NCBI GenBank assembly: GCA_000091205.1
Contig: AP006495.2
Reading direction: 5' to 3' (one strand)
DNA: 64,000 bases
From: Cyanidioschyzon merolae
Lineage: Eukaryota
How positions within the stretch are numbered: the first letter of the stretch is position 1; every line of letters begins with the position of its first letter. The notes beneath the pieces were generated by a model. That model saw nothing but the letters and a program-made list of their open reading frames with translations, was not told the origin of the DNA and made no database searches. The translations under genes and the position numbers were made by a program. This document shows positions 21,438 through 34,270 of this stretch, piece after piece.

Positions 21438-24400
21438 CTTGCCAGGGAATAAAGTTCGGTGACAGGAGTACAGTATACAAATGTTTAACTTATATTCGTC
21501 CCCGCCCGCTGATCAACACCGGGACGGCGATGATGCTGCGGGTGGCGGCGCGTGTGGTGCGCGGGGCTGCATATGCGGCTGCTGTAAAAGCGCAAGCTTG
21601 ATGCTCCGGCACCGTGCTCCACGTGCTTCTGCAAACGTTTTCTTCTCATGTGTGCGTGTGAATCATTCAGCGAACGCGTGGATGCGTAGAAGCGTCTTGC
21701 TATCGGGGCGGTGTCTTCTGGCATACCTTTGCCAGCAGATACGCTTTTTTTGTTCTGCCTCGGAATCACGAGCCAAAGGAATAAATCTCGCAAATTGGGG
21801 ACAGACTATGAAGGAACTTGATGCTGTCCGTACTAGATTGCGAACATGTGGCTTTGCTCGTAGAAATCAGTTACCCTACAGTGATCAAGTGAATGAACTA
21901 CCTGTCTCGTTGTCTTAATGATGGACGTTGTGTACTTAAACCTGAACTTATCAAACTCTGTCTACACCAGTGCCTTCTCGTCAGCGCATTTCCCACTATA
22001 GGTTCTCTAAGAGTTACCACCAAAGAGGCCACAGGATGCGAAGATTCCCCATCTTTGACATGAGCGGTGAGAAAGAGACACGGATCGGCCAGGGGCAAAG
22101 CTTGCATCGATGGGAGACCGCTGCGCGTTGAGCGTTGCGCTACGGATTTCGTTGTAAAAAGCGTACGCTTTTCTTTAAAGGGAAGCACGTTCGTCTTACT
22201 TGATGGGAGGTCATGCGAGGGAAATCGTAGAAGCGCATACGGATACTCAAAGGGAAGTAAACGGGTATTGATAAAGAACAGATATGCGAGAATTACGAAG
22301 ACTGCAGCCGCAGCGCCGATGCTGTCGATTTGCCAACGAAAACATCGCCAGACGGACAGAGTCGTTCAAAAAAACAGCCGTCGAAAGAGCACTTTGTAGC
22401 TTCTAAATCCCATTTTTTGTCCTGCTGTCAGACGATATCGCTCTGATTATTCAAAAGCGGTCACGGAGTATGCGGCTGAGACAAGCTTTCAGCTGCACTT
22501 TGTGCCAGCGTACTACCCCTGGTTCAATCCATTCGAAGTCGTCTTCTCTGTTGTCACACGCAAATTTTGTTACACGCTTCCATGAAAGAGCCGTTGGCGT
22601 CTTGACGCTGTTCTTCGGTAATAAGTTGTTCAACGAGACTTTCTTTACCTAAACACGTTTTGAAATGCCCTAGTGCCTCCCTGTTTGTGCACGGGATGGA
22701 GCGGCAAATTGCATCTCGGTACAAGGGCGTGACCATAGCCGAATAAGTAACCAAGACGCTCTTATGGAATAGTCTATGTATGTACGGCTCGAGGATTTTC
22801 ATTCCCATTGTTCACCCATTATGTCCAGTTTCCGATGCAACAACGTGTGCATTATATAAAGAAAACATCCATGCGAATGTGCCTACTAAAAGAGAAACAG
22901 AAGATACCAAATGAAATAGGAGAGAAAGTCCCTTATGAAAAGAGGACGAACATGGAACGGAAGCGGAATCTCTAGGAGCGGAAGCATCAGTCTAAAATCA
23001 TTGTCAATGCCTCCTTACGAAAACACAGCGGTGAGAATATGCGGAAAGTATGTTGGAGAACCCCATTAAGGATCGCGTGGGTTTTTCAAAGAGAAATTCT
23101 CGCCCAGTTCTCATCTTCTTGGCGCATTTTATCAACTTGCTGTTTGCGAGAGTTCCGGATGCAGTGTTACCAGCCGTCCACATTTCTCTGGAAATTTCGA
23201 TCGTACCCTGGAGCGACAATACAGCTGATGCCTGGGACAAAGGGTTCAATACGGCCTGATCGCATGATAGGAGATTACACACAGGCTTCCCGAAATACCT
23301 CGACAAGACGGCGAGCCACGTTGGCGAGAGCGACATCTACAGCGCAATTTCAAAAGCATGCCAGACCAGTCTCAAAACCCATACGCGGATCTGCCTAGAG
23401 CGCTTCATGAGGCGCCCCTTTAGGCATTGTAACTGTTGCAACTTCACCTTACCTACCCAGAAAACTGGAGACTGATCGAAGAAGTTCTTCGGGTGTCGAT
23501 GGAGGCAAGCAATGAGGTGGAGATAACGGAAGAGATCGGAATGGCAGCAAGTCCGGAAGCAATGTTGAACCCAGAACGAGACGTGCTTCACTTCGTACCA
23601 GTCAATCTTGTTGCTCTAGGTCTCGAACAGACGTTCGTCATAACCAAAGAATGGTTGCAAAGTGATGTCTTCTTTTCCTCCATCTGGCGCGACAATCCTC
23701 AGCAGCGCCCTCGAGTGCAGAGCAGAATCCCTCCCAGAGTCCGAGCGCCATCGCTGTCTCAAGCCTCTATTGGATGTAGTGCCCGTAGACCAGATCAGGA
23801 CGGATTATATCGCCTTAGACACTATTGGATTGTATGGCCTCCTTAGTGTGCTACATATGGTCTCTGCGCGCACGTGCGAAGCATTCGGAAAACGCTGCAA
23901 TGGGCATTGACTTGTTCGATCAAGATATCTCGTTCACTGGGATGAAATGGAGTGAAGTTTATAGGTACGCTTGAGGCCCGCGGAATATCATTCTTCGTGC
24001 AGTTTGAGAAACTTATACCTTAACCGAGAAACGAGTATCGTTCCCAAACTTTTGAGGTCGATAGAGAGAAAAATCTCTTGATGAGTTTGGATCCCGGATT
24101 AACGAACAGTGTGGCTGTCGACGTACTTCTAAACCAAGAGGACGGAGCGAGAGTTTTGAACGATATGCAGATGAAGCTGGCCAAGTATTTTGAGGGCTCG
24201 CTATCACCGGAAGTCATGCATGGCAGGCACGAGGAGGCACACCAACGGACGGATTGAAGGCACCAGTACCAATCATGACGCTCCGAGTACCTTATTGAAC
24301 AGAACAAGATGATTTGCACGCTTCATCAAGAGCGTGCGTGTGCGTCCCAACGGTTGATGCGGACGACTCTGGAGGGCGCACGTGAGAGTGCGCTGGGGTC

Positions 24401-26218
24401 AGCAACACTTCGCGTTCAATGGAAGCAAGAAGCGTGCGTTCACCAACGTGTTCAATCGTTTGGAATTGTGGTTACCAGTCCGCTGTGTCGTGTAGTTGTA
24501 GAATGTGGCGCTGGAAGTGCTGTAACGTTCATATTCTGTACTCCTGCTCCTTTTGACGAGCGCGTAAAACAATTGCATCAATCGGTTCTGTACGATTCCT
24601 GTCGAAGCGTTCGGGGCGACATGTGCGCATCACGGGTTGGGATTCGGGTACAGAGTAAACGAGGTATAGAAGCAGGTGACGATCAGCAGTAAGACGCACG
24701 AGATGGTGCATGGTAAGAAGACCGAACGCCGGATGCCGAAGCAATCGACAATGAGAGGCTTCCTCCGACGTGACCGTACCATCAAGAATTCGTTCATGCA
24801 CTTTCTAAAATAGGACTTGAGCGCCTCAATCAATATACCGCAATGTCTCCTGCATCCGGAGCGTCCAGAGGCTTGCTGTTGAACGAGCTTTCGAGCGAGT
24901 TGCTTAGTACACAGCTTGGACATCAATCTGTAGTGATGAACAGCTCGCACCGGAAGAAATCAGCAGCAAGGAGAGAGGGTTGAACTTCCTCTGGAGCAGG
25001 GCTTTGGTATGTCGTGGTCAACAATCCGACAAGGCTGGAGCACAGCATCTATGCGCCCGGTATGATTTTCCCAGGAAACTGGTGAGCCATAAGGGCATCC
25101 AATGGGTCTATATTGCTCTATTTATCGCAGCATGAACGTAACCATTTCCGTGAATGCTTCCGCGCAGCACAAAGGCGGGCAGCGTCGCCGATGCTTCTCG
25201 CACTTCTGTGCGGACAGTGATCCCGATATCGCCGAATGCGCTGCTCGAAGCTTCCGGACTGGGACCAGTGCTTCCAGTTGCGAAAGCACGCTCATCTGTG
25301 CCTTCTGGGTCTACTCCGGGACCGTAGATTCCGGCGTTAAACTATTTGCCTCATAAATGCGTAGCATTTCGAGTGGCAATAAAATGACAAGCCAGTTGTA
25401 GCTTTTTCCACACTTTCAACGTCCTCCTCGCACGCGAGGACGGTTGCCTTCTGCTGCACCTCCTGCCAAGGTGCACGCTTGCGAGTGCGTCGCTTGTTTT
25501 AACGTCGTCGGAACAAAGTCGAGCAGGATTTTCATCAGACCAGCACCGAAAGAATACAGGGCTATTTAAGAACAATTCCGGGAACTGGTCTTTTGGCAAA
25601 CCGTGGTCGGAATGCCCGCCAGCTGCAAAAGTGTCCCGTGTTGAGGAAAGGATGGCACGCAGAATGCCACTTCGCCTTGACAGTGCGTTGTTTCGTTGTG
25701 CCAGGTGGATGCATTTTATTGGATACCACTGGATATACGACTGTTGTCGGAAGTTGGCCAAAATAATACCCCACTTCTTCTCCAAATATGATAACTTTCA
25801 GGCGCCGGAGACACATCTTCGTATTCCTTATACGGGTTTTACCCAACGACACAGGTTCTCTGGATGTCGAAGCTACACTGGATGCTGCTGGCGACGCCGG
25901 ACGCCCTGTCGCGTTCGTTGCACGTCGACATAATAGGCTACAATCATGTCTTAGGGATGCCCGAAAGACGTTCGCTCTTCGCGCCTCGCTGCGAAGGCCG
26001 TTTCAGCATCAGTGCGGATCGAGTCCGCATTGGTGAAAGGCACGAACAAGTATTGTCCAGTTTTGGCCCAAGCTTTCCCTGCGCTCGATTCCCCGTCGAG
26101 CGGTGGACAGCGAATGCGCGCATACTACGCTCTGAGTGGCCGCAATTTGGAAAACGTGTGTCGCTTCTGCATCGCTGAGTTTCCCTAGTTGCCTTCTTGA
26201 ACAGTTTGAAGTGAATCA

Positions 26219-27097
26219 ATGTGGCTCTACGCATGGTTTGAACGATTTTGGCTCCACTTTACGACGTCTTTCTCGCCGTTCACGCTTCACACTCTCTTTA
26301 CGTTCGCGATTCATGAGTTTGCGTACTGGGGCGTGTACCTGCCGTACGCGCTCATGGACAGAAGCAAGTTTTTCCGCCGCTGGAAGTTGCAGGAAAATAC
26401 TTACGGGTATTCTAGCTCAAGCAAACAGTCACAGAAGCTACCGAAAGAAGACGCGCAGAAGTTTTGGCGCTGTGTATTGTACGTAGCTGCGAACCACGTG
26501 TTCCTTGTGTTGCCGCTGATTCTGGTAACGCACCCATTGTTCGAGAAGCTCGGCACAACGCACGGTTTGCCGCTGCCGTCTCTAAGGGAGTTTATCGTGC
26601 AGATTCTCTTTTGCCTCTTTGTTGAGGATATGTGCTTCTACTGGGGTCATCGCGCGTTACATACTCCTTGGCTTTATCGATACATTCATGCTATTCATCA
26701 CCAGTACACAGCACCGTTCGGTGCGGTCGCGGAATTCGCCCATCCCATCGAAGTTATATTCCTCGGTATGTCCACTGTCGCCGGACCGCTCATTATAGGC
26801 CCGCACCTGCTCACGCTATGGGGCTATCTAATGGTGCGTTGCTGGCAGACGGTAGACTGCCACTCTGGGTACGATCTTCCATGGTCGCTGAATCGATGGT
26901 TTCCGCTGTACGGCGGTGCGCGTCAGCACGACCATCACCATAAGACTTATTCTGGCAATTATGCTTCAATGTTTATCCACATGGACTGGTTATTCGGAAC
27001 TGATAAGGCATGGAGGCTCTCGTTACAGAAGGCGAAAGCGAAACACGTTCGAGCTGTCGCTCAGGAGTTGGCTGTGAGTTTCAGTGCTGAGCGATAA
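26219..27097 (+). CDS. fatty acid hydroxylase superfamily enzyme, methylsterol monooxygenase (ERG25/SMO)-like sterol desaturase family
   Basis: 292-aa membrane protein with histidine boxes HRALH, HAIHHQY and HDHHH in the order and spacing typical of the ERG3/ERG25 family. Confidence 0.8.
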   Translation: MWLYAWFERFWLHFTTSFSPFTLHTLFTFAIHEFAYWGVYLPYALMDRSKFFRRWKLQENTYGYSSSSKQSQKLPKEDAQKFWRCVLYVAANHVFLVLPLILVTHPLFEKLGTTHGLPLPSLREFIVQILFCLFVEDMCFYWGHRALHTPWLYRYIHAIHHQYTAPFGAVAEFAHPIEVIFLGMSTVAGPLIIGPHLLTLWGYLMVRCWQTVDCHSGYDLPWSLNRWFPLYGGARQHDHHHKTYSGNYASMFIHMDWLFGTDKAWRLSLQKAKAKHVRAVAQELAVSFSAER

Positions 27098-28604
27098 CTA
27101 TAGGAGAGCAGACGAGTGATTGGTACGCAAGGCACTCGCATGAATGCGGTTGGAGGTTGGTCTTCTTGTACATTATATTGGAGCGAACAACTCTGCCGAG
27201 GTGACACCAAGCATCAAATATGAAAGTATCACCGATGAGCTTCCGGGCAGATACTGCTGAATCGGAAGATTGCATAAAGTAGGGACTCGTATCCAAGTGC
27301 ACCCAGACAGGTGATCAGCGTTACTGCCCAAGCGCCAACACGACCCAGCAACGAAAGCAGGAGCCCTCATTACGGGCCACTGGGGAAACGAATGTCAGCG
27401 AGGCACCGGTCCGCGCTTTCCAGACGCCTTGCGTGAACAATATCGACGGCATCCATCGCTTCGCGACGAGCGCCGACGTAGGCCCGGTGCGGTTAAGCAT
27501 GCAGCGCGGATACCCAGGGGCCAGCCCAGCACGCGTGATCAGTTCGTAAACTATATCTTTGCACCTGGAAATGTAACGTGCATTTGACCTGAAGTCGATT
27601 TATCGACAGTCTCTGCACCACGCGTCCAATGATCTTCGAATAGTATGCAAACGGAGCTTCTGAGATAGTTCTCCAACGCCAGAGCCTGGAGAGTGGTGCA
27701 TTGGCATTAGAAGCAGGATCGCATTTGCTTGGCTTCGAGAGAGAAGTAGCCGTTTAGCTTCGCTGTTGTGCACAGGTTTGTGTGGTTAAACCTTTCCACG
27801 TAAGAGCGTAGTGTCCAGCAATAAGGTTACGTTTCCTCGCGCAGTCCTAGTGCGGTGGAAGCTGGGGTATCTGCGTGTAAATTAGACACCGAGTTAAGGA
27901 CCCAACAGTCGTATGCGGAGCGCTAGCTTCACCATGCCTCCGCGAAGGCTTTCCGAACCTTTCTTGCACAAAGAATTGTAAGGTTCAGCGTGAACTGTCG
28001 TAAAATGCAGCGATTGGCAGGAAAGCGAAAGCGGTTCACGCTTTGATGTTGTCTGCTGCTCGTCGCCAGAGCAGAGAGCGCTATAATTTGCATTAGCGCG
28101 CACTGACAAACTCTGCTCGAAATATCAAACAAGTATGTGCTCCGGTTTAAGGTACAGCGCTCTGTTGCGAGACGCAAGACGCAAATTATAGGCTGCTTGT
28201 TGCAGCATGGTCACTGAATAGCGCGCTTTGGTGGTGGCCTCCCTCGTGAAAGCCGGCTCTGTTGTACAGGCGCGGCGTCAGTGCATTGGCGTTAGACAGC
28301 GCTCGGGGAGTGTCAGAGTGATATCGAGTGCTCGCCAACGGTTCTCCTCGGATGCATCAAGGTAACTGCATGAGCCAGGCGAAGCGACTTGCACTTCTCG
28401 CTACAGGCTCATACCTAGATCGACTTCTGGGACGCGATGTGGTAGGCGTACGCGACGTACCACAGGTTCGAGAAGGAATCCCGCCAAGCGAGGCACATAT
28501 AGCCACGTCTATCGTGCCGCTGTCGCACCTCAGCCCCATACTTGCAACACTTACAGGTAAGTAAAGATGCAGCCTCCTTCAGCATACCGCGGCGAATTCC
28601 ACCA

Positions 28605-30106
28605 ACGTGCGACAATAATGGAACTGTTTCCGCCAAGCTTGCTCGACATACAAAGTCAATGTTCGGGTCGTTTCCGACTATCATGACCACTAGTCCTCGC
28701 ATGATCTTGCAGCGACTGCTTGATTCTTTCTCTCTTCTTTACGCTCATAAGCACGTCCGTCCCTCAATGCCCTCATGTTTCGTTACCAGCAGCTGAGGAT
28801 GTTCGTCGCAGCTTGCAAGCCCCGATTCCGCTGCTCGCAGCGGTTGTCAACGTATTCCATGCACACGCTGAGGTTGCCATGGACGCTCCGCTTGCCCCAA
28901 GGATCGTCTTGGCCCTCGGCCTCGGCGCACCTCTCGCAGCGGCGACACGTTACTATGGGTAGGTGTTCCCCAGCGTCCGCGATACCTCCTCCAGCTCCGA
29001 ACGCCGCACATTTGCGTACGGAGACTCGCCTCGTCGCGCGGCACACAACCATGACATGTACAGAAGGCTCTTCTCGATGCTATGCGACGTTTTCGCACCC
29101 GGTGCCGTACTCCGTGATCAGGGACTTTGTCTGAACTTTCTCCTCGACATGTGCGTTGGCCGCTGCACGCGCAATCGCACGCTGCCTTGTTCGAGAACTC
29201 ACCAGGTGATACGCGTCACGGCCTTGGTGACGTTCCAAATCGGTTTGCCCCGAGGAGAAGACGTTCGAATGTATCACAAGACTCCTCCACCGTTCTCCGC
29301 TGCTTCCGGCAAAGAGGCGGTTTTGTGCAACCGATGGTGTCCATGGAAGAAAACCAGTGCGGGAAGGAAGGGCCAGGCTGGCGATCGCGTCGAGCGATAC
29401 CGACTCCGCTGCGCTGCGGTTGTTCAAAGCGCTGCCGGAGTCTCGGCTCTGACAGACCACTGCCACGACTCAGGTTCGAGTCCAAGACCGTTTTCCGTGC
29501 AAGCAGAAGAGATGGGAGCCTTGGCGGGCCCCCGCCCAGGGTGGCTGCACGCGGCTGCTATTGAATGCCGTTTCGTCGATGGCGCCAAAGCGAGGACGCT
29601 TTATCTGTTGGACGGGATCGACCTTGTAAGGTGACGAGTGCAGGGAGCTCTCGGCGCGAGCCCGTGGAGAGGCTGACAACAAGCGGCGTCGCATTTCTCC
29701 TTGTCAACCCAGCTGTGCAGAACGCTGCGCCCTCCAGTCGTCCCGAAACACAAAGATGAGATATGTGAAGCACGCGTGATTTGAGCTTTCCATACGTAAG
29801 GACGGAGAAGAGTGGAAGCTGGTTCGTATGAGCTGGCTCGTGATGTCGGTTCCTATACGATGCCGTGCTCGAGGGCGTCGCGAACCATCGTCTTGATTCT
29901 CGTGATGCAACGAGCACTAGCGACAAAAGGTTGGCGGAGCCGCTCCGAAGCGACAACCGAGCATCCAAAACCTGGTCATGAATCCATACGCGCCCATTGC
30001 TACATTTAGGATGTCGAGTCTGTACATGTAGAGAAAGTCCAGGGAGAATCGAAATGTAAACAGAGCAGGTAGGTCAGTGTTCTTTTTTGTTATGATACGG
30101 ATATTG
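28605..30106. repeat. segmental direct duplication, copy 1 (about 1.5 kb, >99% identical to 32412..33913)
   Basis: The ORF track lists identical ORFs at a constant offset of 3807 bp (e.g. 28963..29634 = 32770..33441). Both junctions can be read directly in the sequence, and only a few substitutions separate the copies. Confidence 0.9.
29600..30070 (+). repeat. dispersed repeat family 1 copy forming the 3' end of segmental-duplication copy 1 (an identical copy at 33407..33877 lies in copy 2)
   Basis: Contains gaaacacaaagatgag...ggagaagagtggaagctggttcgtatgag...cgtgctcgagggcgtcgcgaacc...cgctccgaagcgacaaccgagcatcc...gatgtcgagtctgtacatgtagagaaag. Confidence 0.6.
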
Positions 30107-30640
30107 GCGGCGTTTCCAGAAAGACTCAGAGACCAAACGTTCAGGCACGCTGGAAACCATCAGTACATGCATCTCATCCCAGAACTTGGCACCTAGGGTG
30201 TGCTGAGGCCCGCCTATTATCTTTCCTTGCAGGTCTGAACCCGCGATCGGCGAACTACTCGGTTTCGGAATGCAGGATACGATTATGCGTGGCGCCAGGT
30301 TGGCATTTTGTCCCGCTCGCGAAAGCACTGTATCCTCCTCGACGAGTTTCGAGCTAGTATCGCACAAATGCTGTCCAATTTCATCCCGAATCTTCATCAA
30401 AAGCGCCATGGTCCCTGGCGAGGCGTCGACCAGCGATTCCTTGGTTCGGTGCAGCGGGCATTGATGAGTGGCGAGCACGCGTGCCCTTCCCTCCCAACAG
30501 GCACGCGTGTAGTTTGCTCGTACGGCGGGTTCGCTGAACACCCAGCGGTACCTTCGAGCAGACTCGAGCTCTGTTTTAAGGACCACGAAGTCTCGGAAAT
30601 GCTTCAATGATACAAATGAAAAAGTTAAAACATTTCGCAA
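30074..30640 (-). CDS. hypothetical protein (188 aa), unknown function
   Basis: ORF lying between duplication copy 1 and the TerC gene. It is moderately protein-like with no recognised motif, and its 3' end overlaps the duplicated segment. Confidence 0.25.
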   Translation of the reverse strand: MRNVLTFSFVSLKHFRDFVVLKTELESARRYRWVFSEPAVRANYTRACWEGRARVLATHQCPLHRTKESLVDASPGTMALLMKIRDEIGQHLCDTSSKLVEEDTVLSRAGQNANLAPRIIVSCIPKPSSSPIAGSDLQGKIIGGPQHTLGAKFWDEMHVLMVSSVPERLVSESFWKRRQYPYHNKKEH

Positions 30641-31142
30641 CCATGATCAGTTACTTGCCCGAAGCGGCCTTGCTGGGAAAGGGAAAGCACGTCGATTTGG
30701 AAGCGGTTCCACTCGGTACGACATTCGCAGAAACCAGCGCTGTCTCGAAACGATGCCGCTGATGAACACTGCGTTCTATTGGCCGCATTCGTTCATGTCA
30801 TCGAGGCGCAGCTCTTCTTTTCCCAAGCAGATCGTAGGAACGCTATGAGTAGTCCAGTGCGTTACTCTCACGCTGGAATCCTCAGCAACCGTTGCTGCAT
30901 TCAAGTCACTGGTGTGCGCCGATCGTTAGTACTTCATCTATATGAAACCTAGCACACAAGCAAAATGCAGCACTACGAGGAACGAACATAACGCAAAACG
31001 CTCCACGAAATCCTTGGGTCGCGCAGCACCGACAAACGCTAGCTGCTCGCGCCCGACTCATGTCAGTAGCGCGACTCGCGTTCGCGTGCCCTGTTCTAAG
31101 CCATGCTCCTGAGACAGAACGACGTTGCTTCACCATGAGCCC

Positions 31143-32291
31143 TCATGATTTTTCATTTGTTCCTGAGAAAACAAAACCCGCAGAGTATCCGACTGCAAGG
31201 GTTCCCAGAATCACGGACAGCGAGATTGTCGTGCTAGCCTCGTACCCAAAGTATCCCAAGGCTAGTTTGGACCCAATGAAACCCAGTACCACAGCTAGGG
31301 TCTGTTCAATGTATCGGAAATTGCGGATGGCTTCCTGTATCACAAAGTACCAGCTTCTCAGGCCCACAATCGCCATCAAATTCGAAACATACACAACAAG
31401 CGGATCCCGTGAGATACCCAGGCACGCAGGTACCGAGTCCAGGGCGAATATGACATCCGTTAGCTCAACGCAGACCAGAACCAGCAAGAGCGGTGTCGCA
31501 GTGGTGGCACCATTCTTCAAACTAGTAAAAAATCGATCACCATCGTAGTCGTCTGAAACTGGAAGCAGTGCGGTCACTGCGCGGACGATGAAATTCTCGC
31601 GAATGCCCTCCTCGTTAGATTCATCGTCGGCCTCGGAGTCCTGGAAGCTGGACCAGAGCATACGTCCCGAAGAAATGAGCAAAATTGCAGCAAAAACGAG
31701 ACTGATTGTCCGAAAACGCTCCATCAGCGCAACACCTGTGAACACGAATATCGCTCGAAACACGGCCGCTCCGAGAATTCCATAGCTTAGAACTTTCTCC
31801 TGCAGGTTTTTCGGTACACGGAAGAAACGAAACAAGAGTAGAAATACGAACAGATTGTCGACTGATAGACTTTGTTCGACAACATATGCTGCCACGTATT
31901 CCATTCCTCGATCAGTGCCCTTCGTTCCGAAAAAAATGAGGCCAACAAGCAGACCTGCTGCCACAGAGATCGCGGTGCGCTGACGATCCCAGCTGGTCAC
32001 TTGGCGCTCTGAGGAACTGAGTTCATCTTTGAATTCTCCCCCTAGTGTCTTTTCATTCGGTGCTGTATGTTTGCTATTTTCACCGGAGCTAGATCGTCCA
32101 AGTGAGCCCCCGCGGTGCCTCTCCTTTTGCCTTACAAGCTGCAGCGCGGCGAGCCCCCTTCGTCGCATAGTTCCCGGTACACGCCCAGAGGTGCACAGCG
32201 TTCGCAAATTGCTTTTGTACGTCTGCGTCCATGTGAAGCATTTACAACCCACAGGCACGAAGCATTGACGTTCACCTGCTTGATAAGGCAT
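31143..32291 (-). CDS. terC: TerC-family integral membrane protein (plant/algal thylakoid TerC-like)
   Basis: 382-aa ORF. The core MEYVAAYVVEQSLSVDNLFVFLLLF and repeated LSVDN/ALDSVPA-type segments match the TerC family. Confidence 0.8.
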   Translation of the reverse strand: MPYQAGERQCFVPVGCKCFTWTQTYKSNLRTLCTSGRVPGTMRRRGLAALQLVRQKERHRGGSLGRSSSGENSKHTAPNEKTLGGEFKDELSSSERQVTSWDRQRTAISVAAGLLVGLIFFGTKGTDRGMEYVAAYVVEQSLSVDNLFVFLLLFRFFRVPKNLQEKVLSYGILGAAVFRAIFVFTGVALMERFRTISLVFAAILLISSGRMLWSSFQDSEADDESNEEGIRENFIVRAVTALLPVSDDYDGDRFFTSLKNGATTATPLLLVLVCVELTDVIFALDSVPACLGISRDPLVVYVSNLMAIVGLRSWYFVIQEAIRNFRYIEQTLAVVLGFIGSKLALGYFGYEASTTISLSVILGTLAVGYSAGFVFSGTNEKS

Positions 32292-32411
32292 TCACGAGTC
32301 CGCACCGTGGAGACCGTATTAAACGTGCATCTTACGACGCCCATCGTGAATGAGACGCACGCCCTGAATTTGAAATGGGATATTCTGGACATGGTATGTG
32401 TTGGATATCCC

Positions 32412-33913
32412 ATGTGCGACTATAATGGAACTGTTTCCGCCAAGCTTGCTCGACATACAAAGTCAATGTTCGGGTCGTTTCCGACTATCATGACCACTAG
32501 TCCTCGCATGATCTTGCAGCGACTGCTTGATTCTTTCTCTCTTCTTTACGCTCATAAGCACGTCCGTCCCTCAATGCCCTCATGTTTCGTTACCAGCAGC
32601 TGAGGATGTTCGTCGCAGCTTGCAAGCCCCGATTCCGCTGCTCGCAGCGGTTGTCAACGTATTCCATGCACACGCTGAGGTTGCCATGGACGCTCCGCTT
32701 GCCCCAAGGATCGTCTTGGCCCTCGGCCTCGGCGCACCTCTCGCAGCGGCGACACGTTACTATGGGTAGGTGTTCCCCAGCGTCCGCGATACCTCCTCCA
32801 GCTCCGAACGCCGCACATTTGCGTACGGAGACTCGCCTCGTCGCGCGGCACACAACCATGACATGTACAGAAGGCTCTTCTCGATGCTATGCGACGTTTT
32901 CGCACCCGGTGCCGTACTCCGTGATCAGGGACTTTGTCTGAACTTTCTCCTCGACATGTGCGTTGGCCGCTGCACGCGCAATCGCACGCTGCCTTGTTCG
33001 AGAACTCACCAGGTGATACGCGTCACGGCCTTGGTGACGTTCCAAATCGGTTTGCCCCGAGGAGAAGACGTTCGAATGTATCACAAGACTCCTCCACCGT
33101 TCTCCGCTGCTTCCGGCAAAGAGGCGGTTTTGTGCAACCGATGGTGTCCATGGAAGAAAACCAGTGCGGGAAGGAAGGGCCAGGCTGGCGATCGCGTCGA
33201 GCGATACCGACTCCGCTGCGCTGCGGTTGTTCAAAGCGCTGCCGGAGTCTCGGCTCTGACAGACCACTGCCACGACTCAGGTTCGAGTCCAAGACCGTTT
33301 TCCGTGCAAGCAGAAGAGATGGGAGCCTTGGCGGGCCCCCGCCCAGGGTGGCTGCACGCGGCTGCTATTGAATGCCGTTTCGTCGATGGCGCCAAAGCGA
33401 GGACGCTTTATCTGTTGGACGGGATCGACCTTGTAAGGTGACGAGTGCAGGGAGCTCTCGGCGCGAGCCCGTGGAGAGGCTGACAACAAGCGGCGTCGCA
33501 TTTCTCCTTGTCAACCCAGCTGTGCAGAACGCTGCGCCCTCCAGTCGTCCCGAAACACAAAGATGAGATATGTGAAGCACGCGTGATTTGAGCTTTCCAC
33601 ACGTAAGGACGGGGAAGAGCGGAGGCTGGTTCGTATGAGCTGGCTCGTGATGTCGGTTCCTATACGATGCCGTGCTCGAGGGCGTCGCGAACCATCGTCT
33701 TGATTCTCGTGATGCAACGAGCGCTAGCGACAAAAGGTTTGCGGAGCCGCTCCGAAGCGACAACCGAGCATCCAAAACCTGGTCATGAATCCATACGCGC
33801 CCATTGCTACATTTAGGATGTCGAGTCTGTACATGTAGAGAAAGTCCAGGGAGAATCGAAATGTAAACAGAGCAGGTAGGTCAGTGTTCTTTTTTGTTAT
33901 GATACGGATATTG
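32412..33913. repeat. segmental direct duplication, copy 2 (immediately upstream of the TerC start)
   Basis: Same sequence as 28605..30106 shifted by 3807 bp. It diverges after gatacggatattg at 33913. Confidence 0.9.
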
Positions 33914-33989
33914 ACACATAAAAACTTTCTACGACTATGGAGGGGAAATGAATGCACTTGTGCAGACGCCTCCAAACCTTTTTAAGTGG

Positions 33990-34270
33990 CCCCTGCCATC
34001 GGCTTCAGCCTCTCCCCGTCTACTTTGACCCTCAGGGCGCTGCCTCAAGAAATTCTCTTGTGTCAGATCCTAGGGTCTCATCTTTAGCACCACACATCTC
34101 CTGATATTGATAGCAGCGTCAAAGTCTAGGTTCACCAACTCCATACTTTTCTTGCCGCTGGTTCAGCGCACCAGTGCCAGGAGTTGTCGAGCGCGCGCCC
34201 TCTGTGCGAACACCCGTATACCATCCGACCGTTTCGTCCGGAAGAAGTCCCACCGTCTGAGAAAAGAAAC
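33990..34270 (+). repeat. dispersed repeat family 3, copy adjacent to the end of duplication copy 2
   Basis: ctgcctcaagaaattctcttgtgtcagatcctagggtctcatctttagcaccacacatctcctgatattgatagcagcgtcaaagtctaggttcaccaactccatacttttcttgccgctggtt aligns with 41100..41390. Confidence 0.5.

Noticed and set aside
21003-21452. 149-aa plus-strand ORF antisense to the Pho88-like gene
   Set aside because: It fully overlaps a well-supported minus-strand gene and has no motif. It is a typical antisense shadow ORF in GC-moderate coding sequence.
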